A stretch of 64,000 nucleotides of DNA from the NCBI GenBank assembly GCA_965227295.1, contig OZ245742.1, forward strand, positions 4,608,001 through 4,672,000, read 5' to 3'. Numbering within the stretch: position 1 is the stretch's first letter; every line of letters begins with the position of its first letter. The notes below the pieces were generated by a model. It searched no databases, was not told where the DNA came from, and saw only the letters and a list, made by a program, of their open reading frames with translations. The translations under genes and the position numbers were made by a program. This document shows positions 1 to 12,712 of the stretch, piece by piece. Source of the DNA: Leptonemataceae bacterium (GTDB lineage Bacteria > Spirochaetota > Leptospiria > Leptospirales > Leptonemataceae).

Positions 1-26
1 ACAGGCCTGCAGGAGCACCCCGGCCC

Positions 27-2847
<2,821 letters not shown>

Positions 2848-2873
<26 letters not shown>

Positions 2874-3477
2874 ACGATTCCCCGGACGGCAGCTCTTCCC
2901 ATCCCATGATCATCGCTTTGATGTTGGCGAGCGGCGTTGTGCCGGTCGTCGTTAAGTAGACGTGAGCGATGGTGAACGCCACCAGGGCGAACGCCCCGAG
3001 CGTGTGAAACCAGGCGACGGCCCCCAGGTCGAACGGCATCCAGCCGCTTGCGTGCAGTTTCTTGTAGTACATGTACAATAACCCGCTCGTAACCATTACG
3101 GGGATGACCAGGATCTTGAGGCCCAGGTACGCGAGCTTCTGCAACGGGTTCAGTTTATTCAGCACGGTCTTTTTCGTCGGATGCGGTTCGTCCCGGAAGA
3201 TTCCGGTCACATAGTAACGAACCTGCTCCCGCAGGAATTTCCGGGTGGGCACGTACTGCCGCCATTCGCCGGTGGTGACGTGCCAGAAGACGGCAAAGGC
3301 GATCAGGGCCATCAACAACCAGGCCGCCGTATTGTGGAAGGCGACGGCCTGGGCGAAGCCGAAGAACTCGAAGGTACCGTGAATCTCGAAACCGGTAAAG
3401 ATCAGCAGGAGAATCAACGTCGCCTGAGACCAGTGCCAGAAACGTTCGAAGCCCCGGTAAATGTACACCCGGCGCAC
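2848..3477 (-). CDS. Di-heme cytochrome b membrane subunit (PhsC / Ni-Fe hydrogenase cytochrome b family)
   Basis: 209 aa, 4 hydrophobic helices, four His (ERFWHW, FHNT, WFHT, IAHVY), KLNPLQKLAY motif; GTG start 1 nt after the upstream stop; 3' end overlaps sucA convergently. Confidence 0.88.
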
Positions 3478-3478
3478 G

Positions 3479-4675
3479 TTAGCAGCCCCCCTGGACTTTT
3501 TTGATCTTTCGTTTCACCGGACTGGAGAATCGTTTGAGCGCCTCTTCCAGATAGCGCAGACGTTGCGCCGCATTCCGCCGAAAGCGATAGTTGAGCATTT
3601 CATCCCGACCGGCCCCGGCCGGCGGGGCTTCGCTTTCGTAAAACATCTTTCGAAATTCCGCCGGCGATTCGGTGATGTAGTAGCTCTCGGTTTTGCCGAT
3701 CAGGTTCGCCAGGAGGGCGGCGCGCACGGCCTCGGACGGGTCGTCGGAATAGAAGACGTTTTTCAGGTTCACCCGGGTGTAGTAGTGACTCCAGGCGCGC
3801 TGCTGCATTTCGTCGAACGGAATGTGCACCGCCAGCGGTAGGTGAAACTCATCGTAAGCTTGTTTGTCGCGGACATCGATGAGATTAATGCGATAGTGGT
3901 CATGCATGAGGTCGTAGGCGAGCTTGTCGATGCTGATGTGCCGGTGTTCGTTTTGCTTTTGATAGGCGGGATCCTGGACGCGATTGCGGATACTCTCGGC
4001 CCGGGTCGGCTTGATGGCAACGAAGGCCACGATCAAGACGGCCGCACCGAGGACGGCGGCAAATCGGTTCCGAAAGGCCGGCGAGAAGCGCGCCGGCTCA
4101 CCGTTTACTTTTTTTTCGATGAGGCCCGTAAGCCAGAAGGCCAGCGCGGCGATCACCGTGATCACGAAAGCGAAGAGTTCCAGCGACCATCCCAAGAGTT
4201 CGTTGAAACGCAGTGCGCCCCAGTTCTCGCTCGTGTACAGGCTTTCCAGGAGCGGATAACCTTCCGTAAATCCGAGGATGCCGATCAACGCCCCGCCCAC
4301 GAAAACAAAAGCGTCCAGCCGCCCGATCGACAGCGCGCACAGGCTCGTGCCCGGACAATAGCCGCCGATGAGAAAGCCCACGCCCATGATCGCTCCGCCG
4401 ACCAGGGCGGACCAGAGAAACGTCGGGTTTACGTAGACGAGGCTGAGATCCAGCAGGCCGAAGTTATGAAGCAGCAGAATGCCGATCATGGCCGTAACGC
4501 CCGCGGTAAAAAAGACGCGCAGCACGGTGAAGTCGTAACCGTAAAACAAACCGACGAGTTTACGGCTCGACGAGAAGCCGGCCTGTTCCAGAAAAAAACC
4601 GAAGCCGATGCCCGAAAGCACGGCGATCAACAGGCTGAACTCTTCGCTGAAGACGTCCGGTACCAACGGTCCCAT
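3479..4675 (-). CDS. YeeE/YedE sulfur-transport membrane protein fused to a rhodanese-like domain
   Basis: GIGFGFFLEQAGF, GGYCPGT in the N-terminal TM part; IDVRD..YDEFHLPLAVHIP rhodanese signature; ends VQGGC. Confidence 0.88.
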   Translation of the reverse strand: MGPLVPDVFSEEFSLLIAVLSGIGFGFFLEQAGFSSSRKLVGLFYGYDFTVLRVFFTAGVTAMIGILLLHNFGLLDLSLVYVNPTFLWSALVGGAIMGVGFLIGGYCPGTSLCALSIGRLDAFVFVGGALIGILGFTEGYPLLESLYTSENWGALRFNELLGWSLELFAFVITVIAALAFWLTGLIEKKVNGEPARFSPAFRNRFAAVLGAAVLIVAFVAIKPTRAESIRNRVQDPAYQKQNEHRHISIDKLAYDLMHDHYRINLIDVRDKQAYDEFHLPLAVHIPFDEMQQRAWSHYYTRVNLKNVFYSDDPSEAVRAALLANLIGKTESYYITESPAEFRKMFYESEAPPAGAGRDEMLNYRFRRNAAQRLRYLEEALKRFSSPVKRKIKKVQGGC

Positions 4676-4676
4676 C

Positions 4677-5204
4677 TTACTGCTTCCCTCCGATCCACAA
4701 ACGCCGGCCGAAGTATGCCACCGCGTACGCCGATCCGAAGATCGCCATCATGGTGACGATGCCCCCGAACGACATGACCGCCATGCCGCTGAGAGCCGAA
4801 CCGCTCGTGCAGCCGCGCCCGAGCTGCGCCCCGAATCCGAAGAGCGCCCCGCCGATCAACGCGGCGATCATGCGGCTGCGATTGCTTACTCCCGGCCCCT
4901 TGTTCACCGAGAAGCCGATGCGGCCGCTGATCACGCCGGAGAGGAACGCGCCGATGAAAACGCCGAGCACCTCGAAGACCAACCAGGAGTGCAACGGTCC
5001 CTTCGGATGCGTTTCCTGATAGTCCTTATAAAAAGCGGTGTCGGCGTAATGCTCCGGCGCCGCCTGTTCCACCCCGCTGATCACGAAGCTCTTGAGGGCG
5101 CCGCTCGCGCCGAGCCCGCGCCCGGTTACGTAGAAAGTAAGCAATAAGACCAGGCCCAGATACAGACCGGCCAGGTACGGATTCATAAACGGTTTTGTTT
5201 TCAC
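4677..5204 (-). CDS. Half-size YeeE/YedE family protein
   Basis: NPYLAG, GRGLGASG, GGALFGFGAQLGRGCTSG motifs; GTG start overlaps the upstream TGA (GTGA). Confidence 0.9.
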   Translation of the reverse strand: MKTKPFMNPYLAGLYLGLVLLLTFYVTGRGLGASGALKSFVISGVEQAAPEHYADTAFYKDYQETHPKGPLHSWLVFEVLGVFIGAFLSGVISGRIGFSVNKGPGVSNRSRMIAALIGGALFGFGAQLGRGCTSGSALSGMAVMSFGGIVTMMAIFGSAYAVAYFGRRLWIGGKQ

Positions 5205-6817
5205 GGCTCTCCTCCTTTGCGATTCCCGAGCGGCGCCGTCGCGGCGGACGCCTTTCTTCGATACGCACCGCGCACACGCAGGCTCGCGTGCAACAGAACG
5301 GCAATGAGCGTCAACAGAACGAGGCCCTTGCCGACGATTTCCACGAACGGGATCGTATCCCGCCCGGGAAGATAAAATCCTTTCAGCTTCGCCAGGCGAC
5401 CGGCATCGCTCCGGCTATGGCAATCGTTGCAGGCGAGCGACTCCTTCGCCGGGCTGACCATATGATTCACGGGCCAGTACATTTCCGTTTCGACAAAATC
5501 GAATTTCCCGCTGTACGGCAGACCGACTCGCCGCATCCCCTCACGGGCCGCACTGTCCCAATCAAAATCTTTCCAGAACGCACCTTCGCCTTTATGCGCG
5601 GCCACCAACTTCGGCTGAATCAGCATACGATGTTCCGGATCCCAGATCTGATCGCCGCGATGAATTTTTACCGGAAAGATCTTCGACTCCGGATCGTCGT
5701 GGCTGCCGTTCAGCGTGTTGATTTGCACGGGAATGTCTCCGGGTTCCACGCGATCTCCCAGGAAGTAGTGGTCCGCGGTACCATTGAACCAGAGATAGTC
5801 CGGCTTCAGATTTTTGCCCCACTGGAAGCGCCCCTTTTTTGAGAGATAGGTGATGTTACCGTCCTCGTCTTTCTCCGTGAACGGTTCCCCGTCGCGCAAC
5901 TCGCCCGCTGCCGACCAACGCCAGTCCGTTTTCGTCGCGTTCACTTTCGCGTAGTACGGAATATGGCAGGTCTGGCATGCCACCTTTTCGTAGTGCCGGT
6001 TCAACAGTTCGTTCGTGTGCGGTACTTCGCCGTGACACTGCGCGCAGGTCGCGCGGTTGACGTTCTCCGAGGAAACCGAGTAGAGCTTCCCTTTCATGAC
6101 GTGATTCTCCGCGGTATGACACGTCACACAGGACATGTCCATGCCGTTGGCGGCCATGTGCACGTCCACATCCCGGGTGGTCGACAGCAGCGCCTCTTCC
6201 AGATCGCCGTGCTTTACGTTGTTGCCGCCGCCCGAGTAAAAATGACACGAGCCGCAGTTCATCTTTTGCGGAGCGCCTACGCTGCGCGCGACGTTGGTAA
6301 GATTCACCCGCCGATCGGGATAGCCGGCAACCTGCGAACCTTTTTGATACTCCGCGCTGTTGTCGTGGCAGACCATGCAGTCGACGTTGGCGCCGTTTCC
6401 GAAATCGAAGGCGGCGGCGTTCGCCATGCCGAAGCCGATGTGACACTTCGCGCAGGTTTGTTCGTTCGAAGACGCGCTGATGCAGAAGTTGTTGAACGAA
6501 TTCTTTTTTCCGCCGGCCACCAGACCGCGGCCCTCGATGTACTCCACGCGCTCCCAGTTCCAGTGCGAGGAGGCCATCACCTCCTTGTGGCGTTCCGTGT
6601 GACAACCGATGCAGGTCAGCGTAACTTCCTGCGGGCTCGCAAAGTTTCGATTGAGTTGCGGCAGACGCGCATGGTCTACGGACGGCACCGGAAAGATCGC
6701 GTACTCCTGCTTGAGCCGTTCGAGTTTCAGGTTCGGCTCTTTGCCGCGGAAGATCACACCGGCCAGCCCCAATAGCAAAGCCGTGCAGGTAAAAATGAAG
6801 GCAAGGCGTCGGTTCAT
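5201..6817 (-). CDS. otr: Octaheme c-type cytochrome, tetrathionate reductase (Otr) family
   Basis: Eight CxxCH motifs (CIGCH, CAKCH, CMVCH, CGSCH, CVTCH, CAQCH, CQTCH, CNDCH), GKKN..NNFC segment before heme 2, GGGNNVKHGDL, N-terminal signal/anchor and C-terminal TM helix; start moved to ATG 6817, which has a GGAGGGA RBS. Confidence 0.9.
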   Translation of the reverse strand: MNRRLAFIFTCTALLLGLAGVIFRGKEPNLKLERLKQEYAIFPVPSVDHARLPQLNRNFASPQEVTLTCIGCHTERHKEVMASSHWNWERVEYIEGRGLVAGGKKNSFNNFCISASSNEQTCAKCHIGFGMANAAAFDFGNGANVDCMVCHDNSAEYQKGSQVAGYPDRRVNLTNVARSVGAPQKMNCGSCHFYSGGGNNVKHGDLEEALLSTTRDVDVHMAANGMDMSCVTCHTAENHVMKGKLYSVSSENVNRATCAQCHGEVPHTNELLNRHYEKVACQTCHIPYYAKVNATKTDWRWSAAGELRDGEPFTEKDEDGNITYLSKKGRFQWGKNLKPDYLWFNGTADHYFLGDRVEPGDIPVQINTLNGSHDDPESKIFPVKIHRGDQIWDPEHRMLIQPKLVAAHKGEGAFWKDFDWDSAAREGMRRVGLPYSGKFDFVETEMYWPVNHMVSPAKESLACNDCHSRSDAGRLAKLKGFYLPGRDTIPFVEIVGKGLVLLTLIAVLLHASLRVRGAYRRKASAATAPLGNRKGGEP

Positions 6818-7063
6818 GTCCGTCTCAGATTCCCTCCGTGACAGTATGGAGTGTCGAGACTCTCCGTCGCACGCCAACATGAGACGGCCAGTAAAATCGC
6901 CGGCCGGCACTGCATTGTAGTAGGGATCGAGACGCGGTCTCGTCTCCGCGAATCCCGGCCCGGCGGCAAATTCTACGCCTCCGAGAGCCCCGAAAGCCCG
7001 GCGGATTTCCGGTATACAGATTTTCCCCGCGCCGACAAAACGACTCCGTCGTGTGACTTCGAC

Positions 7064-7091
7064 TTGTCGCACCGGCAATCATCGTTAACTT
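7064..7091 (+). promoter_or_regulatory. Possible sigma70 promoter for sucB-lpdA
   Basis: TTGTCG-16 nt-TAACTT about 30 nt upstream of the sucB ATG. Confidence 0.35.
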
Positions 7092-7119
7092 ACACGAAAG
7101 ACGTATTCAGGAACGGAGC

Positions 7120-8436
7120 ATGGCAGAAATCAAAGTCCCTCAGATGGGCGAATCCATCACCGAAGCAACCGTGGCCGACTGGCACTTCCAGCCAGGCGAT
7201 AGTTTCAACAGCGGCGACATCATTGTCGAACTGGAGACGGACAAGGTCACCATGGAAGTCCCCGCCCCGGAAGCGGGCACGCTCAAAGAAATCAAGAAAG
7301 ACTCCGGCGAGACCGTAAGCATCGACGAGGTCCTGGCGGTCTTCGAGGCCGGCGCGGGTTCCGGCGACAGCGGCGGTTCCGCGAAATCCGAAAGCAAATC
7401 CGAAGCAAAGTCCGAAGAGAAAAGCGAAGCGAGCAGCAGTTCCTCTTCGACGGCGAGTTCTTCCGGCGGCGGCAATCAAAGCGGCAGCGGCCCGCTGAAC
7501 GATACCGTTCCCCCCGGGGCGCGGCGCCTGGCCGAAGAAGAAGGCGTCGACCTTTCGAAGGTCACCGGCACCGGCAAGCGCGGCCAGATCACCAAAGAAG
7601 ACGTGGTCAATTACATTGAGCAACGCTCCAGTTCGAAATCATCCGGCGGGAGCGGTTCTTCGTCGGACTCGTCAAAATCGTCCGGCTCTTCAAAATCTTC
7701 CGACAGCGGACCGAGCCGGCCGCCGAAGCAACCCGGCGAACGTGAGACCGTGGTGCCCATGTCCCGCCTGCGCCAGCGCATCGCTGAACGTCTGGTGGAA
7801 GCGCAGCAGACCGCGGCCATCCTCACGACCTTCAACGAGGTGGACATGCACAATCTCATGTCCATGCGTTCGAAGTACAAAGAGTCATTCAAAGACAAAC
7901 ACGAGGTCGGGCTGGGCTTCATGTCGTTCTTCGTGAAGGCTTCCATTGAAGCGCTCAAGGCCTATCCGGCCGTCAACGCGGAGATCCGCGACGGCAGCAT
8001 GGTCTACAAGAACTTCTACGACATCGGCGTGGCCGTCGGCGGACCGAAGGGCCTGGTGGTCCCGGTCATCCGCGACGCGGACGAACTCAGTTTCGCCGGC
8101 ATAGAGCAGGAGATCGGCCGCCTGGCAGGCAAGGTCAAAGACGGCTCCATCGGCCTGGACGATCTCCAGGGCGGCACGTTCACCATCTCCAACGGCGGCA
8201 TCTACGGTTCCATGATGTCCACGCCCATCCTCAATCCGCCCCAGAGCGGAATTCTCGGCATGCACAACATCACGAAGCGGCCCATGGTCATCGGCGACGA
8301 AATCAAGATCCGCCCCATGATGTACGTGGCCCTCTCCTACGATCACCGCATCATCGACGGCAAAGAGGCCGTGAGTTTCCTGGTGCGCCTCAAAGAGTGC
8401 ATCGAGAACCCGGAACGCATGCTGCTGGACATCTAA
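7120..8436 (+). CDS. sucB: Dihydrolipoamide succinyltransferase (E2)
   Basis: Lipoyl domain ETDKV, E3-binding [13 protein letters not shown], catalytic YDHRIIDG. Confidence 0.97.
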   Translation: MAEIKVPQMGESITEATVADWHFQPGDSFNSGDIIVELETDKVTMEVPAPEAGTLKEIKKDSGETVSIDEVLAVFEAGAGSGDSGGSAKSESKSEAKSEEKSEASSSSSSTASSSGGGNQSGSGPLNDTVPPGARRLAEEEGVDLSKVTGTGKRGQITKEDVVNYIEQRSSSKSSGGSGSSSDSSKSSGSSKSSDSGPSRPPKQPGERETVVPMSRLRQRIAERLVEAQQTAAILTTFNEVDMHNLMSMRSKYKESFKDKHEVGLGFMSFFVKASIEALKAYPAVNAEIRDGSMVYKNFYDIGVAVGGPKGLVVPVIRDADELSFAGIEQEIGRLAGKVKDGSIGLDDLQGGTFTISNGGIYGSMMSTPILNPPQSGILGMHNITKRPMVIGDEIKIRPMMYVALSYDHRIIDGKEAVSFLVRLKECIENPERMLLDI

Positions 8437-8490
8437 GAACACGGCGACTCAGCGCGCCGGCGCGCGCTTAACTTTCAGGAACTTTACTTT

Positions 8491-9903
8491 ATGAGCGACA
8501 AACACGATCTCGTAGTCATCGGCGGCGGCCCTGGCGGGTACGTCTGCGCCATCCGCGCGGCCCAGCTCGGGCTGAACACGGCCATCGTGGAGAAACGCAG
8601 CACCCTGGGCGGCACCTGCGTCAACGTGGGCTGCATCCCCTCGAAGGCGTTGCTGGATTCCTCGCACAAGTATCACGACGCAAAAGAGGGTTTCGAGGCC
8701 CACGGCATCAGCGTGAAAGACGTCAAGATGGACGTGAAGAAGATGATGGAACGCAAGGTCCAGGTCGTCAAAGAACTGACCGACGGCCTCGACTTCCTCA
8801 TGAAAAAGAACAAGATCAAAGTGTATCGCGGCCACGGTTCTTTCGAAAGCGCGGAACCGGACAACATCAAGATCAAGGTCGAGGGCGAAGACTCGGGCAC
8901 CGTGAACACGCGACGCGCGGTCATCGCCACGGGCAGCGACGTCATCCGCCTGCCGAACATCGAGATCGACGAAGACAGCATCATCACCTCGGATCAGGCC
9001 ATCGCCCTGGAAAAAGTGCCCGAACACCTGGTCATCATCGGCGGTGGCGTAATCGGCCTGGAACTGGGCAGCGTATGGAACCGCCTCGGCGCGAAGGTTA
9101 CGGTCATTGAAATGTTGCCCGGAATCTTAATGGGCATGGACAAGAAGTTACGCGATCTCAGCACGCGCGTGCTGAAAAAGCAGGGTCTGGAATTCCTGTT
9201 CGAACACAAGGTGACGCGAGCCGAAAAGAAAGGCAAAAAGGTCAACATTACCGCCGAAGGTAAAGACGGCAAAGAACAGAAAATCGAAGCCGACAAACTC
9301 CTGGTCGCCGTCGGCCGCCGCCCGTACACCGACAAACTCAACGCCGAGAGCATCGGCGTGAAACTCACCGACCGCGGCCGGGTGGTCGTGGACCACGAAA
9401 GCCTGGAGACCGACTGCCCCGGCGTCTACGCCATCGGTGACGTGATCGACGGCGCCATGCTCGCGCACCGCGCCGAAGAAGAAGGCGTGAAGGTCGCCGA
9501 CATACTCGCCGGCAAGGCCGGACACGTGAACTACGATGCGATCCCCTGGGTGGTCTACACCTGGCCGGAGATCGCCTGGGTCGGCAAGTCCGAGGAAGAT
9601 CTGAAAAAAGACGGCGTCGAGGTTCGCACGGGTCAGTTCATGTTCAAACCCAACGGTCGCGCGAAGGCCATGAACGAGGGCGACGGCCTGGTCAAGTTCA
9701 TCGCGGACAAACGCACGGACAAGGTCCTGGGCGTATTCATCGTCGGCCCCAACGCTTCGGAGCTCATTGCCGAGGCGGCGGTGGCCGTGGAGTTCGGCGC
9801 ATCGGCGGAAGACATCGGCAAATCCTTTCACGCGCATCCGACGCTTTCAGAGGCGATGAAAGAGGCCGCCCTGGATGTCGGCAAAGAGTCCATCCACCAA
9901 TAA
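8491..9903 (+). CDS. lpdA: Dihydrolipoamide dehydrogenase (E3)
   Basis: GGGPGGY, GGTCVNVGCIPSK, GGGVIGLE, HAHPTLSE. Confidence 0.98.
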   Translation: MSDKHDLVVIGGGPGGYVCAIRAAQLGLNTAIVEKRSTLGGTCVNVGCIPSKALLDSSHKYHDAKEGFEAHGISVKDVKMDVKKMMERKVQVVKELTDGLDFLMKKNKIKVYRGHGSFESAEPDNIKIKVEGEDSGTVNTRRAVIATGSDVIRLPNIEIDEDSIITSDQAIALEKVPEHLVIIGGGVIGLELGSVWNRLGAKVTVIEMLPGILMGMDKKLRDLSTRVLKKQGLEFLFEHKVTRAEKKGKKVNITAEGKDGKEQKIEADKLLVAVGRRPYTDKLNAESIGVKLTDRGRVVVDHESLETDCPGVYAIGDVIDGAMLAHRAEEEGVKVADILAGKAGHVNYDAIPWVVYTWPEIAWVGKSEEDLKKDGVEVRTGQFMFKPNGRAKAMNEGDGLVKFIADKRTDKVLGVFIVGPNASELIAEAAVAVEFGASAEDIGKSFHAHPTLSEAMKEAALDVGKESIHQ

Positions 9904-9981
9904 CAAGCCCGGGCCGGAAGATCCTTCGTCTCGCGCCGACTCGCGGACCGTCACGACGACATAGGCCGGCACGGCTCATTT

Positions 9982-10710
9982 TTAACGCTCTATTCTCAAC
10001 ACCCCCGCCGCCGCCACGGCCACTACCGCCGCCGTCTCCACGCGTAAGATCGTCTGGCCGCAGGTTAAGATATCGACGCCCGTATGCTGCAACGCCGCGA
10101 CCTCATCCTCACTGAAACCTCCCTCCGGCCCCACGAAAAACGCCGCCGGCCGATCCGCCACCGACTTTTGTAGGAACTCCGACAATGGCCGTTCCCCCCG
10201 CGGGTCCAGGGCAAACCAGGCCTGGTCGCCCGGCCCGCCGGCCAGGGCGTCTGTAAGAGGTACTACATTTGCCACCGACGGCAGCCGGAACCGCCGGGAT
10301 TGCACGGCGGCTTCATAGACGATGCGCTCCGCCCGCTCCCGGGCAAAGCCGCGCTTCTGGCTATGCTCCGTCACAATGGGCCGGATTTCGCTAACGCCGA
10401 CTTCCACGGTTTTTTGCAACAACCAGTCCAGGCGTTTGCCCTCGGGCACGGCGGTGTAGAGGATGATGTCCGGTTCGTCGCGGACGCTCTCGGCGCCGTC
10501 GCCGCCTGGACTTGTAGGAGTTCCTACAATTACTGCAGGAGCATCGGGCGCGTCGGCCACTACGTAGCGCCGCCGCCGACGCCGTCCGTCTCCGACGAAA
10601 ACGACGTCCCCGGGCTGAAGCCGTCGGGCCCGGGCGTGCCGGTACTCGTCCGGTTCGAGGCGGAACTCCGGGGGAAACTCGTCGGGAATGTCCCGAAATA
10701 TCAGGAACAT
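9982..10710 (-). CDS. rsmE: 16S rRNA m3U1498 methyltransferase
   Basis: LQKTVEVGV, EAAVQSRR, VGPEGGFS, ILRVETA SPOUT motifs. Confidence 0.93.
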   Translation of the reverse strand: MFLIFRDIPDEFPPEFRLEPDEYRHARARRLQPGDVVFVGDGRRRRRRYVVADAPDAPAVIVGTPTSPGGDGAESVRDEPDIILYTAVPEGKRLDWLLQKTVEVGVSEIRPIVTEHSQKRGFARERAERIVYEAAVQSRRFRLPSVANVVPLTDALAGGPGDQAWFALDPRGERPLSEFLQKSVADRPAAFFVGPEGGFSEDEVAALQHTGVDILTCGQTILRVETAAVVAVAAAGVLRIER

Positions 10711-10757
10711 GTCTTTTTACTTTACACCGAACCGCGGCGCGGAATTCTTGCGGGCGC

Positions 10758-10841
10758 GCCGAAGTGGCGGAATTGGTAGACGCAGCGGATTCAAAATCCG
10801 CCGGGAGCAATCCCTTGTCGGTTCAAGTCCGACCTTCGGCA
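10758..10841 (+). tRNA. tRNA-Leu(CAA)
   Basis: Acceptor GCCGAAG/CTTCGGC, anticodon arm GCGGA-TTCAAAA-TCCGC, long variable arm GGGAGCAATCCC, GTTCAAGTC T-loop; CCA not encoded. Confidence 0.97.
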
Positions 10842-10846
10842 CAATC

Positions 10847-11047
10847 CTACAGCAGCTTCTTAATGCAGTTCTGATTCGGGCAGCGCGAGTAGTCGATCAG
10901 ACACTCCCGAAATTGAATGCCGGTCAGCGCGTCGTCGGGGCGCAGTTCCACCAGGCAGTCCAGGCCCTCTTCTTCCCCCACTCGATCAAAAGCGGAAAGT
11001 TCACCGGCGGTGCGCGCGTGTGTGATGAGTTGTTCTTCGGTAATCAT
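10847..11047 (-). CDS. Small hypothetical protein with 4 Cys (66 aa)
   Basis: GGAGGG RBS just before the ATG; fills the gap between the DGC gene and tRNA-Leu. Confidence 0.7.
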   Translation of the reverse strand: MITEEQLITHARTAGELSAFDRVGEEEGLDCLVELRPDDALTGIQFRECLIDYSRCPNQNCIKKLL

Positions 11048-11175
11048 ACGACCCTCCGTGGTCGCCGCGCCCTGAAACGACGCGGATCTGGCATTCGTGT
11101 GCAGTGGTGCGACTCCGGCACCGGATCTGTATAGGCGGACGCCTCCGGCGTCCTGGTGTTGTGTTGATTATCGGC

Positions 11176-12270
11176 TCAGTCCATGGTGGGACTGTAGAGC
11201 TGGATCTGGTTTCTACCGTTGCGTTTGCAGTGGTAGAGGGCCTTATCGGCGCGTTCGATCATGATTTTGCCGGTCTTTGCATCGGTCTTGCGATCGAAGA
11301 TGGTGACGCCGACGGAGAGCGTGACCTTCATCTCTTTGCCCTCGTGCATCACGGACATGCTTTCGATGGTGCGACGGATGTCCTCCGCCATCTTCATGGC
11401 AGTTTCTTCGTCGGCGCCGGGCATGATCATGCAGAATTCTTCGCCGCCGTAGCGCGCGGCCGTGTCCGACTTGCGGGCGGCGGCGTTGAGCACCCGGGCC
11501 ACGGCCTTGAGGACCTCATCCCCGGCCTGGTGACCGTGGGTGTCGTTGAAGACCTTGAACTTGTCGACGTCCGTGAGCATGAGCGCCAGGGGCGTTTTGC
11601 GTTTGATGGCTTTTTCCCGTTCTTCCCGAAAACGGCTCTGAAAGTAGGCGTGGTTCTTGAGCCCGGTCATCATGTCTACGGTGGCGCGTTCGTAGAGACG
11701 GGCATTCTCGACGGCAATGCCGGCCAGGGAGGCCAGGTCCACCAGGAAGGCGCGCTCGTCGTCCGGATACTCACCACCGACGACCTTCTCGCCGAGAACA
11801 ATGAGGCCGATGACCTTGCCTTTCACGCGCAGGGGCACCACCAGTTCGGAGCCGATCTCCCGCAGCAGACGAACCGAAGGGTCCTTCGGCACGTGCTCTT
11901 CCATTTCGCGCATGTTGAGGGACTTGCCCTGATTCTCGAAGTACTGCACGAGCGGCGAGGTCAGCGGCACCCGGTACTCATCCAGCCCCTTGATGAGCTC
12001 GAAGCCCTTGTAGCCGTGGACCAGGGCGATGACGTCCGAATCCATTTCCGGCGTCAAAAAGAGTGCGGCACTCAGGGTCTGCACCTGAGCCAGACACATG
12101 TCGAGGACGGCCTGGATGAGGTACTCGTAATCAAGCGTGGAGTTGAGCGCGCGAGAGATCTCCAGCAATTGCCGGAGATCGAAGATCTTTTTTTCGTAGT
12201 GCTGGATTTCCTCTGGGAGAGAGAGCGACATAGGCACGCCTGCAATGAAGGCCGGTTCAGAAGCATCCAT
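11176..12270 (-). CDS. GAF-GGDEF diguanylate cyclase
   Basis: GAF domain, DMMTGLKN, DVDKFKVFNDTHGHQAGD, RKSD inhibitory site followed by RYGGEEF; alternative start ATG 12231. Confidence 0.95.
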   Translation of the reverse strand: MDASEPAFIAGVPMSLSLPEEIQHYEKKIFDLRQLLEISRALNSTLDYEYLIQAVLDMCLAQVQTLSAALFLTPEMDSDVIALVHGYKGFELIKGLDEYRVPLTSPLVQYFENQGKSLNMREMEEHVPKDPSVRLLREIGSELVVPLRVKGKVIGLIVLGEKVVGGEYPDDERAFLVDLASLAGIAVENARLYERATVDMMTGLKNHAYFQSRFREEREKAIKRKTPLALMLTDVDKFKVFNDTHGHQAGDEVLKAVARVLNAAARKSDTAARYGGEEFCMIMPGADEETAMKMAEDIRRTIESMSVMHEGKEMKVTLSVGVTIFDRKTDAKTGKIMIERADKALYHCKRNGRNQIQLYSPTMD

Positions 12271-12364
12271 ATTTTCCCGCTGGAATTTCAGCTACTACCA
12301 AATTTCGAAAATTTTCTGGTTTCCCCGATTTCGGGCCGGAAAGCTGCTCACGCATGAATCCGTC

Positions 12365-12392
12365 TTGACCGGCAACCGCATTTCGAAATAAT
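12365..12392 (+). promoter_or_regulatory. Sigma70-like promoter of the tRNA-Met pair
   Basis: TTGACC-16 nt-AATAAT ending 11 nt before tRNA-fMet. Confidence 0.55.
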
Positions 12393-12403
12393 GGCCTGAA
12401 CAC

Positions 12404-12476
<73 letters not shown>

Positions 12477-12479
12477 ATT

Positions 12480-12538
12480 AAACCGGCCGAAACTTCCGAC
12501 AATGCCGACGACGGCAATCAGGGACTTTCGGCCGGTTT
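12480..12538. repeat. Long inverted repeat filling the inter-tRNA spacer
   Basis: AAACCGGCCGAAA (12480-12492) perfectly complementary to TTTCGGCCGGTTT (12526-12538); inner TGCCG-ACGA-CGGCA hairpin. Confidence 0.85.
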
Positions 12539-12546
12539 TGTGTTAC

Positions 12547-12620
<74 letters not shown>

Positions 12621-12712
12621 CATTCTTTTTTCTGCTGAAACGGGGAAGTGTTGATGTTGCTTGCGGTGCCGCCGTGCGGCACGCGAGCTTTCCGGAATAG
12701 GCGGCGCACGAC

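Noticed and set aside
3479..3490. Possible selenocysteine after the terminal GGC
   Set aside because: The stop codon is TAA, not TGA, and the next gene starts 1 nt later
6818..7078. 87-aa N-terminal extension of the octaheme cytochrome in the ORF track
   Set aside because: The signal peptide and a strong RBS point to ATG 6817; the extension covers the divergent promoter region
11168..11200. Sigma28 promoter (perfect GCCGATAA on the minus strand) for the 66-aa gene
   Set aside because: No acceptable -35 at the proper spacing; the box abuts the DGC stop codon
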